This document shows, piece by piece, positions 7,952-15,801 of a DNA stretch of 64,000 nt. Source of the stretch: an uncultured Gammaproteobacteria bacterium (lineage in GTDB: Bacteria > Patescibacteriota > Microgenomatia > Woykebacterales > RBG-16-39-9b); contig CAYHXX010000001.1 in NCBI GenBank assembly GCA_964360785.1, positions 73,334-137,333 of the forward strand, read 5' to 3'. Made by a program: the position numbers and the translations under genes. The notes below the pieces were generated by a model. It was not told the origin of the DNA. It ran no database searches and was given only the letters and a program-made list of their open reading frames with translations. Each line of letters opens with the position of its first letter. Position 1 is the first letter of the stretch.

Positions 7952-9175
7952 TTACTCGTAACGAAGTGCGTCGATTGGGTGTTTTCGTGATGCACCAATT
8001 GCGGGAATAATCCCAAAGATAATACCCACAAAACCAGAAAACCCTAGTGCCAAAAGCAAAACCGTTGGTTCAAGTTTGATTGGAATTGGAGAATTTTCTG
8101 GAATCAAAGTTACAATTGTGGAAAAGATAGCGATGGCAAGTAGACCACCAACCAGAGTTAGTATCATACTTTCAATCAGAAATTGCAGTAGGATGGCTCC
8201 TTGAGTAGCACCGACAGCCTTGCGGATTCCAATTTCCCGTGTTCTTTCGCTGACCGAAACGAGCATAATATTCATAATTCCAATCCCACCGACAAGAAGT
8301 GAAATTGCCGCAAGTGCACCAAGCAGCGCCGTTACTGTATCTAGAATTCCTCCAGTAACTTGAAGCAAATCTTCCTGGCTCAACACTGTAAAGTCTTCTT
8401 CTCCCTTGTGGGTTTTGAGCATAACTTGTTTTACTTCCTTTTTAATTTTATCTACGGAGTCAGCATCCGGAGCTTGCATCGCGATTCGGAAAACTGATTT
8501 TGTGTTGGTTAGCTCCCAGCCAGTGTGTATTGGCATCATGATAACGTCATTAAAGTCCGGGCCACCGAGGTTGGAGGCAGTTTCAACAGTGTTAAAAATA
8601 CCGACAACTGTAAATTCAGTTGAGCGAATTTCCAAAGTTTCTCCCAGCGGGTCGGAACTACCAAAAAGTTTGCTAACTGTTTTTGGACCAATCACCACAT
8701 TTTTTGCCTTTAAATCATCATCAGCGCTTGTTAGTAGTCGACCTCGGTTTAAACTAAGATTGAATATTTCTTCAAATCCACTAGAGCCGGCCAAAATAGA
8801 AGCCGTATCAGAAGTTTTGTTGCCAACACGAGAGGTTCCGGAGAGCAAAAGTGCGACAGAAATCTTTTTGGCATCTTTGACATCGCGTTTAATAGCGAGA
8901 AAATCCTCTTCGGTTAGGGTGCTTTGGCCAAACTGGGCGGTCAAGTTTGTACCACCATCTTCACTAAATTGTCTTCCGGGAGTGACGGCTACCAGATTTG
9001 TCCCGAGATCGGTGATAGAAGTCTCAACCTCGGAACGTACCCCGAATGCTAGAGAAAGCAAACTGGAAATCGTCAGAATGCCAATAACTATTCCCAACAT
9101 TGAAAGAAAGCTACGAGCCTTCTTTGAAAGCAATGATGCAATGGCCATTCTGATGCTGTCGACTAATAAGTTCAT
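7952..9175 (-). CDS. ABC transporter permease, MacB/FtsX-like
   Basis: N-terminal TM helix, a large periplasmic domain and a C-terminal FtsX-type four-helix region. The start overlaps the ATPase gene end by 4 nt. Confidence 0.85.
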   Translation of the reverse strand: MNLLVDSIRMAIASLLSKKARSFLSMLGIVIGILTISSLLSLAFGVRSEVETSITDLGTNLVAVTPGRQFSEDGGTNLTAQFGQSTLTEEDFLAIKRDVKDAKKISVALLLSGTSRVGNKTSDTASILAGSSGFEEIFNLSLNRGRLLTSADDDLKAKNVVIGPKTVSKLFGSSDPLGETLEIRSTEFTVVGIFNTVETASNLGGPDFNDVIMMPIHTGWELTNTKSVFRIAMQAPDADSVDKIKKEVKQVMLKTHKGEEDFTVLSQEDLLQVTGGILDTVTALLGALAAISLLVGGIGIMNIMLVSVSERTREIGIRKAVGATQGAILLQFLIESMILTLVGGLLAIAIFSTIVTLIPENSPIPIKLEPTVLLLALGFSGFVGIIFGIIPAIGASRKHPIDALRYE

Positions 9176-9828
9176 ACTAGCCTCCCATCATTCAACTTAA
9201 TAATCCGATCAGTTTTTTCGGCCAAGGAGTTGTCATGCGTGACGAGTATTACTGTTTTTCCTTTTGAATTTAATTCTTTCAGAAGCTGAAAAATAGCTTC
9301 TCCCGTTTTGCTGTCAAGGTTACCGGTTGGTTCATCAGCCAAAATAATTTCCGGATCGTTAACCAAAGCTCTAGCAATCGAAACCCGTTGTTGTTCCCCA
9401 CCGGAGAGTTGGTTCGGTTTGTTACCTAGTTTTTCTTTAAGCCCAACTTCGGAAAGAAGTTCAACTGCTTTTAATTTCCGGTTAACTTTCTTGTGTGTAT
9501 AAATCAAAGGCAAGATTACGTTGTTTAGACTATTAGTTCCTTGCAAAAGATTGAAGAATTGAAAGACAAAACCAACCTTTTCATTCCGATATCTAGCTAG
9601 TTGCTTGCCGTTTAATTCACCTAAGTTTTGCTCATCGACAACTATCGTTCCACTTGTTGGCTGATCAAGACCGCCAATTAGGTGCATGAGAGTTGATTTC
9701 CCACTTCCCGAGGGGCCAAGAATGGCAACGAACTCACCTTTCTGGATTTTGAGAGAAATATTTTCAAGGGCTGTGAAAGTAGTTTCGCCGGTTTTGTAAG
9801 TTTTGTGTAGGTTGGAAATTGTGATCAT
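9172..9828 (-). CDS. ABC transporter ATP-binding protein (MacB/LolD-type)
   Basis: Walker [10 protein letters not shown], signature [15 protein letters not shown] and Walker [12 protein letters not shown]. Confidence 0.9.
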   Translation of the reverse strand: MITISNLHKTYKTGETTFTALENISLKIQKGEFVAILGPSGSGKSTLMHLIGGLDQPTSGTIVVDEQNLGELNGKQLARYRNEKVGFVFQFFNLLQGTNSLNNVILPLIYTHKKVNRKLKAVELLSEVGLKEKLGNKPNQLSGGEQQRVSIARALVNDPEIILADEPTGNLDSKTGEAIFQLLKELNSKGKTVILVTHDNSLAEKTDRIIKLNDGRLV

Positions 9829-9896
9829 GAAAGGTTATTTTAGGGGTTGGAGACAGTTTATTCAAGGAAAGAAATTAACTTTCTTTTAAAATAGTG

Positions 9897-9924
9897 AAGG
9901 GAAGCGCGCAGCAGATGACGCTTC
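9897..9924 (-). terminator. hairpin GGGAAGCG-N12-CGCTTCCC followed by a U-rich tract on the minus strand
   Basis: Perfect 8-bp inverted repeat immediately downstream of mini-peptide C. Confidence 0.45.
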
Positions 9925-9949
9925 CCTTAGACCAACAGTGTTGTGACCT

Positions 9950-10069
9950 CTATCCCCCGGTGTAGTCGTTCTCCCGTTCGAATCCTTCTTCCAGGCCAGC
10001 GATGATGAGTACAATCGCTGCTGTGGTTACAGCGACCGCCAGTGCGCTGACGACAAGTACCTTTCTCAC
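9950..10069 (-). CDS. single-TM mini-peptide C (39 aa, GTG start)
   Basis: AGGAGG (10076-10081) lies 6 nt before the GTG. Product VRKVLVVSALAVAVTTAAIVLIIAGLEEGFERENDYTGG has a basic N-terminus, one TM helix and an acidic tail. Confidence 0.45.
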   Translation of the reverse strand: MRKVLVVSALAVAVTTAAIVLIIAGLEEGFERENDYTGG

Positions 10070-10098
10070 GCAGCACCTCCTAGGTGATTGCGATTCGT

Positions 10099-10203
10099 TT
10101 ACTCGACGTACCTCTCGGGATGTGGGTCGATTGTGTCTCCCAGACATTCCAGGAAACCCCAGACTGCTAGCAAGATTGCCGCGGCGATGACGACCTTCTT
10201 CAT
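10099..10203 (-). CDS. single-TM mini-peptide B (34 aa)
   Basis: AAGGAGGTACCGACATG: a strong SD, and the ATG overlaps the stop of peptide A (ATGA). Product MKKVVIAAAILLAVWGFLECLGDTIDPHPERYVE. Confidence 0.5.
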   Translation of the reverse strand: MKKVVIAAAILLAVWGFLECLGDTIDPHPERYVE

Positions 10204-10346
10204 GTCGGTACCTCCTTGTAACCGATGTCTCCCGTTTTTCCGTCGGCGCAGAGAATGACTTCCGTACCATCCGGAGGAGCGTTGGCTATTTCGTAGATGA
10301 GCCAACCCAGACAGACGCCTGCTAGAACGAGCAATAGCTTGAGCAA
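10200..10346 (-). CDS. single-TM mini-peptide A (48 aa, TTG start)
   Basis: GGGAGGGG lies 6 nt upstream of the TTG. Product MLKLLLVLAGVCLGWLIYEIANAPPDGTEVILCADGKTGDIGYKEVPT. An upstream in-frame ATG exists, but the SD then falls inside the ORF. Confidence 0.4.
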   Translation of the reverse strand: MLKLLLVLAGVCLGWLIYEIANAPPDGTEVILCADGKTGDIGYKEVPT

Positions 10347-10362
10347 CTGATTCCCCTCCCTA

Positions 10363-10446
10363 CTAGTGCGCTGCAACCGCAACGGCTCCGATGATGACGA
10401 TTCCGTAGTAGATTGCCAAGGCGATCCAACCCTGCCTTGTTATCAT
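10363..10446 (-). CDS. single-TM mini-peptide D (27 aa)
   Basis: GGAGCCGCTCACATG. Product MITRQGWIALAIYYGIVIIGAVAVAAH. Alternatively it is the C-terminus of a 116-aa ORF (10363..10713) that reads through an AT-rich promoter-like stretch and a perfect hairpin. Confidence 0.4.
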   Translation of the reverse strand: MITRQGWIALAIYYGIVIIGAVAVAAH

Positions 10447-10550
10447 GTGAGCGGCTCCTTCCGCTGCTAGGACAATGAAAAGTGCGAGATAAGATAATTG
10501 TACGCTTTTTGTTTTGTTTACAAAAGTATTGCTTGGGGAAAAATGGGTGG

Positions 10551-10597
10551 TCGGGAGACGGCACTGAGTTAACAGCAATCCGTCTCCCGTATGGAAT
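10551..10597. repeat. perfect 9-bp inverted repeat GGGAGACGG-N18-CCGTCTCCC
   Basis: Seen directly. On the minus strand it is followed 10 nt later by UUUUU, so it may act as a terminator or attenuator for the transcript coming from the 10852-10880 promoter. Confidence 0.4.
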
Positions 10598-10851
10598 CCC
10601 GTGAGACTAAGCAGCCGGTACCGCCTCAGGAGCTCTTGCTCATCTGCAAGGGAGTGGTATTTCACTTTTCGACTCCACGCTCGCCGAAACATGAGCGCTT
10701 CATTGTCTCCCACCTATGCTACGCCTCAAGCAGATACCTCACCAAGACCAACGGTAAGGATTCGAACCTTACTAAGCCACTCTCGTGACTTGTCCACAGT
10801 TTGAGCCAGGTTTGCTCGCTCTGTCGTTGTTTCCACGTTTGCAATTATAGT

Positions 10852-10880
10852 TATTTAGTTTGTTTTGTCAAGGAATTTAA
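10852..10880 (-). promoter_or_regulatory. sigma70-like promoter on the minus strand (TTGACA-16-TATAAT)
   Basis: The reverse complement of 10852-10880 reads TTGACAAAACAAACTAAATAACTATAAT, an AT-rich element inside a high-GC block. Confidence 0.45.
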
Positions 10881-10931
10881 TTAGAAAAGTTGTGGCATCT
10901 CTCTCCTTCCTCCTTTGAGATGCCATTCACC

Positions 10932-11744
10932 TTAAAGTCCTGCAGCAGCATCTACAAGACCGTGTTGGTTCGCTCTGCGCCAGAACCCGTGTTCTCCGGT
11001 GCGAATCAGGAGAAGATGAGCGAGCATCTCGTCCGAAGGCACCATGCACCCGGCGTAAGTTCGACGGTAGTAACCGAGTGGGTGCAGGCACATCGCGGCC
11101 AGGAATTGGGTTGCCTCGACTCCCCTCTCCACCTTCCATTCGCGGTAGGCGACGGTGGGTCGGCTAGCGCGAATCAGATAGCGCACCCCGCTCTTACCGA
11201 CCTCGACGAAAGAGTTGGTCAGAGTCAACTGACGTTTCTGCTCTCGACTCAGTTGGGACAGCAACCCCTTGCGAGCTTTCTTCTCCGCCCGACTGCTGGC
11301 AGTCTTCCAGACGACTTTGTCGGTGCGCATCAACAAGTCGTAACTGTGGTCCCAGCGGTGTAGGACGAAGTGGAGATATTCTCCAGTGACAGTGCGGTAG
11401 ACCAGGACCATGACGTCTGGATAGGGCATCCAAACGTTGATCACTGACCAGCGAACATCTTCGTCGATCAATGCCTTCCATTTGGCAAGGAAGCGATCCC
11501 AGTACTCTCCGCTCATTGCGCCAAAGTTGAAGTTCCGCATTTGGAGATCGTCTTCATCACCTTCCGCGACGTTGGGGTGGAAGTTGATGTCGAAGAGGTC
11601 GCGCAGCCTTCCGTCAGCGTTGCCGACGAGTTGGTAACCCTTGATCAACTTCGGTACACCGTAACCGTTTTTGCCAGTCAGTGCCTCTCGTAACTGCTCG
11701 TGTTCTGGCAGGTCGAGCTTGAGCATTCTTTGCTGCGGTGGCAT
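10932..11744 (-). CDS. hypothetical protein (270 aa, Trp-rich, no recognisable family)
   Basis: The ATG is preceded by GGAGGCTAAG, which overlaps the stop of the upstream 97-aa gene. About 58% GC. A hairpin (GGCATCTC..GAGATGCC) lies just downstream. Confidence 0.5.
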   Translation of the reverse strand: MPPQQRMLKLDLPEHEQLREALTGKNGYGVPKLIKGYQLVGNADGRLRDLFDINFHPNVAEGDEDDLQMRNFNFGAMSGEYWDRFLAKWKALIDEDVRWSVINVWMPYPDVMVLVYRTVTGEYLHFVLHRWDHSYDLLMRTDKVVWKTASSRAEKKARKGLLSQLSREQKRQLTLTNSFVEVGKSGVRYLIRASRPTVAYREWKVERGVEATQFLAAMCLHPLGYYRRTYAGCMVPSDEMLAHLLLIRTGEHGFWRRANQHGLVDAAAGL

Positions 11745-11745
11745 C

Positions 11746-12039
11746 TTAGCCTCCAGCAGTTGGCGGTACGATATTCACCGAAGCTCCATTGGCGGGGATG
11801 CGGAAGGTTTGCCGACCGCGCCGCGTTTCGTTCTTGCGAACGATCAGCTCGTCGTTCTTGAGGTCGTAGCCGGTGACGCGGAAATCGTTGCCACCAGCAG
11901 CAACGAAGATTGCTGCTCCGTCACGTAGATTTTCCTTGATGAGAGTTGCGACTTCGACCCGACCCTCTTTCGTGCTGGTGTCGATCTTGCGACGTCGGTC
12001 ACCCTCGCGCACGTTCAGCTGGATGATCTCGATAGACAT
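11746..12039 (-). CDS. hypothetical protein (97 aa)
   Basis: Start MSIEIIQLNV is preceded by GGGAGG 8 nt upstream. An extended -10 (TGTTATAAT) lies further upstream at about 12095-12110. Confidence 0.45.
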   Translation of the reverse strand: MSIEIIQLNVREGDRRRKIDTSTKEGRVEVATLIKENLRDGAAIFVAAGGNDFRVTGYDLKNDELIVRKNETRRGRQTFRIPANGASVNIVPPTAGG

Positions 12040-12255
12040 GGACGAATACCTCCCTGCTTTCACCTGCCTCTCCTTTCAAGGCGGGCTATCTATTATGGGA
12101 CATTATAACACAAAAAGGTTTTAGCTCATCAGAGAAAATTTTGTAGCCGTCGGATCCGTATCGACACGGAAAGGTGTTGGCTTATCGAAGTTTTACCGAA
12201 ACGCAAGGACCTATAGCTATTGACAAGGTACTATTTGGGTGCTAAAATATTTGCA

Positions 12256-12951
12256 ATGTTAAATAAGATCTTAGCTATAGGTTTTACTTTAGTCGCAGCA
12301 TCCTTTATTGCTGCTAGTCCGACGTTTGCAAAAAGCAATAACTCCAATCATTCACAAGATAAACCAACTAAATCCGAGATTGTTTTTGACCTTCCTGACA
12401 GTGGAGATAACCTCCACCCTTCAGGCAAAGATCGTAGTGTAGAGCCTGGCCGCTCACTGACTCAGGGGAAGTCCAAGTCTGATCCTGATGACAATAATAA
12501 AGGTCCAGAACGCTCAAACGGAAAATCTGATAAACCGGGAAGCGTTGGTGGTGTGGATAAATTTGATCAAGATGGCAACAACGGTTGTGGTAATGATGAT
12601 GATTTTGAAGACGACAATGAAGGTTGGTGTGGTCACAAGCCAAAGAAAGACCACGAAGAAAAATGCGAGAAAGATTGTTCACACGACAAAGATAAAGATC
12701 ACGATAAAGACGACGACAAAAATTGCGGCAAGGGTGGTTCAGACAAGGAAAAACCCAAGCCTCTAGTAGTAATTACTGAACCCAAAACTAGTTCTACTCC
12801 ACAAACTGGTAGCGTGTTGGGAATTTCCCAGCTTCCAAATACCGCCAACGAATCTGATTCTGATTTTAGCTTCATTTGGCTCGCCTTGGCGATAATTTCT
12901 ACTGGTGCGGGGTTGAACTTAGTTGCCCGCAAGTATGAAAAACTTTCCTGA
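12256..12951 (+). CDS. secreted Asp/Lys-rich, Cys-containing surface protein with an LPxTG-like (LPNTA) cell-wall sorting signal
   Basis: Signal peptide MLNKILAIGFTLVAASFIAASPTFA|K. A highly charged D/K/H region carries spaced Cys (CGND..WCGHK..KCEKDCSHDKDKDHDKDDDKNCGKGG). The C-terminus has LPNTA, a hydrophobic stretch and RKYEK. The ORF track started at a TTG at 12220, but that TTG is the TTGACA of a TTGACA-17-TAAAAT promoter. Confidence 0.55.
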   Translation: MLNKILAIGFTLVAASFIAASPTFAKSNNSNHSQDKPTKSEIVFDLPDSGDNLHPSGKDRSVEPGRSLTQGKSKSDPDDNNKGPERSNGKSDKPGSVGGVDKFDQDGNNGCGNDDDFEDDNEGWCGHKPKKDHEEKCEKDCSHDKDKDHDKDDDKNCGKGGSDKEKPKPLVVITEPKTSSTPQTGSVLGISQLPNTANESDSDFSFIWLALAIISTGAGLNLVARKYEKLS

Positions 12952-13082
12952 AAAAATTAGTCTAAATATTTCTGATCTTTTTTACGGCGCAATTGGCGCG
13001 TTTGTTGGTACAATGTCTGGTGTTGCCCTGACAAGCTTTGTCCTCTATCTCATTCTTTCTCACGTCTCTGTTTTGAAATAAA

Positions 13083-13112
13083 TAAAAAATCCCGCTGGGC
13101 CGTGCGCGGGAT
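13083..13112 (-). terminator. rho-independent terminator (ATCCCGC-N10-GCGGGAT + U tract) after the M23 peptidase gene
   Basis: Minus-sense AATCCCGCGCACGGCCCAGCGGGATTTTTTATTTATTT. A-rich on the other side, so it may also serve the convergent plus-strand gene. Confidence 0.6.
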
Positions 13113-13676
13113 TCATGGCAAGTAATCGATCGGGTTTACTCTCACTCCATTGTCGATGACTTCGAAGTGCAGGTGTATTCCTGTGCTATAGCCGGTTGAA
13201 CCAGCGATAGCGATCATTTCTCCTTGTTTGACCTGTTCTCCTTGAAAAACCTTTATCTCTGCAAGATGTGCATAAAGAGTTTCTACACCTTCCAGGCTCA
13301 TTATCACCAAGTAGTTTCCGTACGAGCAACACGGGTTTCCTCCAGCGAAGACAACTTCTCCTTCGGTCGCTGCCTTGACTTGTAGTTCTTCAGTACCTAA
13401 CTGTCGAAAACCCAAATCAATATCAATTCCTAACGGGTGTCCTGGGCCATAGTATGCAGCAATTGGCCCCTCAATCGGCCAAGCTAAACTTTGCCTAGAT
13501 GTCTGGATTGTCGGTGTTATATCTTTTCTTTCCGGTTGGTATATTGATACGTCCTTTGACGAATGAACAGGAATAACTCCGAAACCGACGAGCAAAACGA
13601 GGCCGGGAACGAATTCAGTCAGGACGCCAAGAAAAAACTTGGCCGAACGTTCGTTGCGTAGCCGTTTCATGACCAC
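13113..13676 (-). CDS. M23 family metallopeptidase (LytM domain)
   Basis: GIDIDL...GEVVFAG...YGNYLVI...HLAEI...GSTGYSTGIHLHFEV, the full M23 motif set. N-terminal TM anchor. Confidence 0.8.
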   Translation of the reverse strand: MVMKRLRNERSAKFFLGVLTEFVPGLVLLVGFGVIPVHSSKDVSIYQPERKDITPTIQTSRQSLAWPIEGPIAAYYGPGHPLGIDIDLGFRQLGTEELQVKAATEGEVVFAGGNPCCSYGNYLVIMSLEGVETLYAHLAEIKVFQGEQVKQGEMIAIAGSTGYSTGIHLHFEVIDNGVRVNPIDYLP

Positions 13677-13699
13677 TTCCTTTCACGGGAAGGATTTTA

Positions 13700-14212
13700 C
13701 TATGGAAAAGTTATTCTGTCACCTACTTTAAGATTATTTTCTTTGAAAAAGCCGGCGTTTACTTCCAGAACATTTGTGACAACTTGGGGTGAAGAGAAAG
13801 TTGGAATGTCTTCCATGGTTGGAATAGGAGCATTTTCCTCAACTCCCACGATGATCCCATCAGCGATCCAAATAATATCAATTGGAAATCTCATACCCCT
13901 CATCCAGAAACTAGCAACTTGTTTTTTGTCCAAAACAAAATACATCCCAGAACCTTCCTCGAGTGAATTACGATAAGACAGCCCAGTAACTATTGCTGCC
14001 TGTGTGTCAGCGATCTCCACGTTTATAACCTTATCCCCTACCTCCAGTTTCTTTTTTTCTAAAGTATTGGAGGTGCTACTTGCAGTCTTATTAAATGTTT
14101 GGGTATTGGAGTTGGAACTGTTTTCTCTAAAACTTAAGTAAATCGCGATTAAAATTACAGACAGCAAGAAAGCTATAACCACGATTTTCTCTTTTGGATG
14201 CAGCAGATGCAT
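13700..14212 (-). CDS. DUF192/COG1430 family protein
   Basis: GLSYR...GMYFVL...ASFWMRGMRFPIDIIWIADGIIVGV matches the DUF192 signature (GLM.R...FWM.N...PLDI.F.D). Confidence 0.6.
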   Translation of the reverse strand: MHLLHPKEKIVVIAFLLSVILIAIYLSFRENSSNSNTQTFNKTASSTSNTLEKKKLEVGDKVINVEIADTQAAIVTGLSYRNSLEEGSGMYFVLDKKQVASFWMRGMRFPIDIIWIADGIIVGVEENAPIPTMEDIPTFSSPQVVTNVLEVNAGFFKENNLKVGDRITFP

Positions 14213-14287
14213 GTATATATTGTACTGTCAAGTTGCGACTTTTGGCAAAGTTTCTGTATAATCCAAAAGTTCTTGAAGGGAGTGGTC

Positions 14288-15223
14288 ATGGACAAGCTTG
14301 CCATCATCACCGACGGCAGTCTAACCCCAGCGTCAGCTGTTCAACCAGACCGAATCGTTCCGTTTTCCATTAGCTACAAGGATCCAGAAACAGATTACTG
14401 GGAAGTTTTGAATGGCGAAGGAATGACGGTTGCGGAGTTCTTGGACATTCAAAGTAGGTCTAAAGATCTACCAAAAACGTCCTTAGTTCGCTACGAGGAG
14501 TTTCTACCTGTCCTAACCGAACTGATCGAAACGGGTGTAAACCGAATCGTAATTCTAACGGTACCTGAAGGTAAGAGCGGAACCTATCTCGAGGCGAAGA
14601 GAGCAAAAGAAGAGATTGAGAGAACGAATCCGGACGTTAAGATAGCGGTTATTGATACAGGAACGACGGCTGGTGGTGTTGAATACCTGATAGAAGTCTT
14701 TGACCAACTTCGTGCTGAAGGAATGTCGTTTACCGATATTCTTGGATGTCTCGAAGAGGAAAAACAGAAGATTATTCTTTTCCTAGGACTAGACTCCATT
14801 CGTTACATCGGAGCGAGTGGCAGAATTCCCTCACTTTCAGAGAAGAACTGGAAAGCGACACTTGGGCAGATCTCGAAGGTTGTTGTTGCCAGAGTTGTAT
14901 CACTCGTTGGACACTCACCGAAAGTGTTTATCACATTCCGTCATGGAAAAGAGCATATCAATCCACACGTTTCATTCTTACAGCTGAAGCCGATTGTCGA
15001 AAAGATTTGTAGTGAGATAGTCGATGAGATTGCTTCCGGTAAACGCTTGAGGAAGGTCTACCTTTTCTGTCCAGGTGCACCAACGGAAGGAGATCTGGTG
15101 AAACAAGTAATCCAGAATCTGGATGGAGGGATCGAACTTTACGTGAGATCAGACGAGTCGATATCGCTGGCCCTGTACACAACGGCCGGGCCGAAGTTCG
15201 TCGCGGTTTTCTGCGTTTTCTAG
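14288..15223 (+). CDS. DegV family fatty-acid-binding protein
   Basis: MDKLAIITDGSLTP and KSGTYLEA resemble the DegV N-terminus and SGTYQ motif. GGAG RBS before the ATG at 14288; the ORF track began it at an upstream ATG at 14198. About 50% GC. Confidence 0.6.
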   Translation: MDKLAIITDGSLTPASAVQPDRIVPFSISYKDPETDYWEVLNGEGMTVAEFLDIQSRSKDLPKTSLVRYEEFLPVLTELIETGVNRIVILTVPEGKSGTYLEAKRAKEEIERTNPDVKIAVIDTGTTAGGVEYLIEVFDQLRAEGMSFTDILGCLEEEKQKIILFLGLDSIRYIGASGRIPSLSEKNWKATLGQISKVVVARVVSLVGHSPKVFITFRHGKEHINPHVSFLQLKPIVEKICSEIVDEIASGKRLRKVYLFCPGAPTEGDLVKQVIQNLDGGIELYVRSDESISLALYTTAGPKFVAVFCVF

Positions 15224-15267
15224 TAGGACGAGGTCATGACATAAATGAGGGAAGAGAGATGAAACAT

Positions 15268-15300
15268 AAAAGCCGCTTTCGAGTACTCGGGGCGGTTTTT
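15268..15300 (+). terminator. probable terminator hairpin + T tract after the DegV gene
   Basis: AGCCGCTTTCGAGTACTCGGGGCGGTTTTTCTTTTT, an imperfect stem followed by a T-run. Confidence 0.4.
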
Positions 15301-15307
15301 CTTTTTG

Positions 15308-15632
15308 AAAAAAAGACGAAGGTGGAAAGAAATATCCACTCTAAGACCGGAGGAGACCAATCCAGAGCGTTGTCTTCCCAGCGAGGTTGGGTTTTCTCGC
15401 TCAGAACTATGGCTGTTCCACCTTCGTGCGAATGATCTCAAGTACGGGTCCTTCGACGGGCGACTCCTTGGGTATTCTCGTCTGTTCCTACCTACAGCGG
15501 GCACTCCACTCTAGAGTCGTTTGCTCGCTGTCCCCTTGGCGTTAACCCTTACTCACCTCCGCTTGACTGGAGTGCTGGTCGCCAGGATCGGTTGCGTCTC
15601 CCCTACTTCCGATTCATCGAAGGACCCGTGGG
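15308..15632 (-). ncRNA. rnpB: candidate RNase P RNA (rnpB)
   Basis: The minus-sense sequence contains GGGGAGACG, GGUUAACGCCAAGGGGACAGCGAGCAAACGACUC and, about 129 nt later, GAGCGAGAAAACCCAA. These resemble the conserved bacterial RNase P RNA motifs ACAGARAGCAAACC and GAGCRAGAAACCCAAA in the correct order and spacing. An upstream TTGCGC-17-TATAGT promoter sits on the same strand, and there is no credible ORF. Ends are approximate and the P1/P4 pairings were not resolved by eye. Confidence 0.45.
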
Positions 15633-15801
15633 AAAACTATAGAACTTTTGTAGCTTTGGCGCAAGTGAATATTATTCGGTTAAATTTTCGGTTTGTTACA
15701 GATTGATAGGATTGACAATTTCGTCTATGTTTCGGATTATTAGAGTGTCAAGTTACAAGTTTCACGTATCAAGAATTTTACAAATTTGAAAACGCTGACA
15801 C

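Noticed and set aside
10363-10713. 116-aa minus-strand ORF that would fuse mini-peptide D to an upstream Arg-rich region
   Set aside because: It reads through an AT-rich promoter-like segment and a perfect 9-bp hairpin and has low-complexity composition. The internal GGAG-ATG start of the 27-aa peptide is preferred. It is kept as an alternative in the evidence.
12935-13081. 48-aa hydrophobic ORF overlapping the end of the LPNTA-protein gene
   Set aside because: No RBS. It overlaps the 3' end of the upstream gene and the terminator region. Likely a chance ORF.
15305-15706. ORFs 15220..15504(-), 15305..15514(+), 15521..15706(+)
   Set aside because: Low-complexity, Arg/Ser/Leu-rich translations with no RBS. 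The region is better explained as a structured RNA (rnpB candidate).
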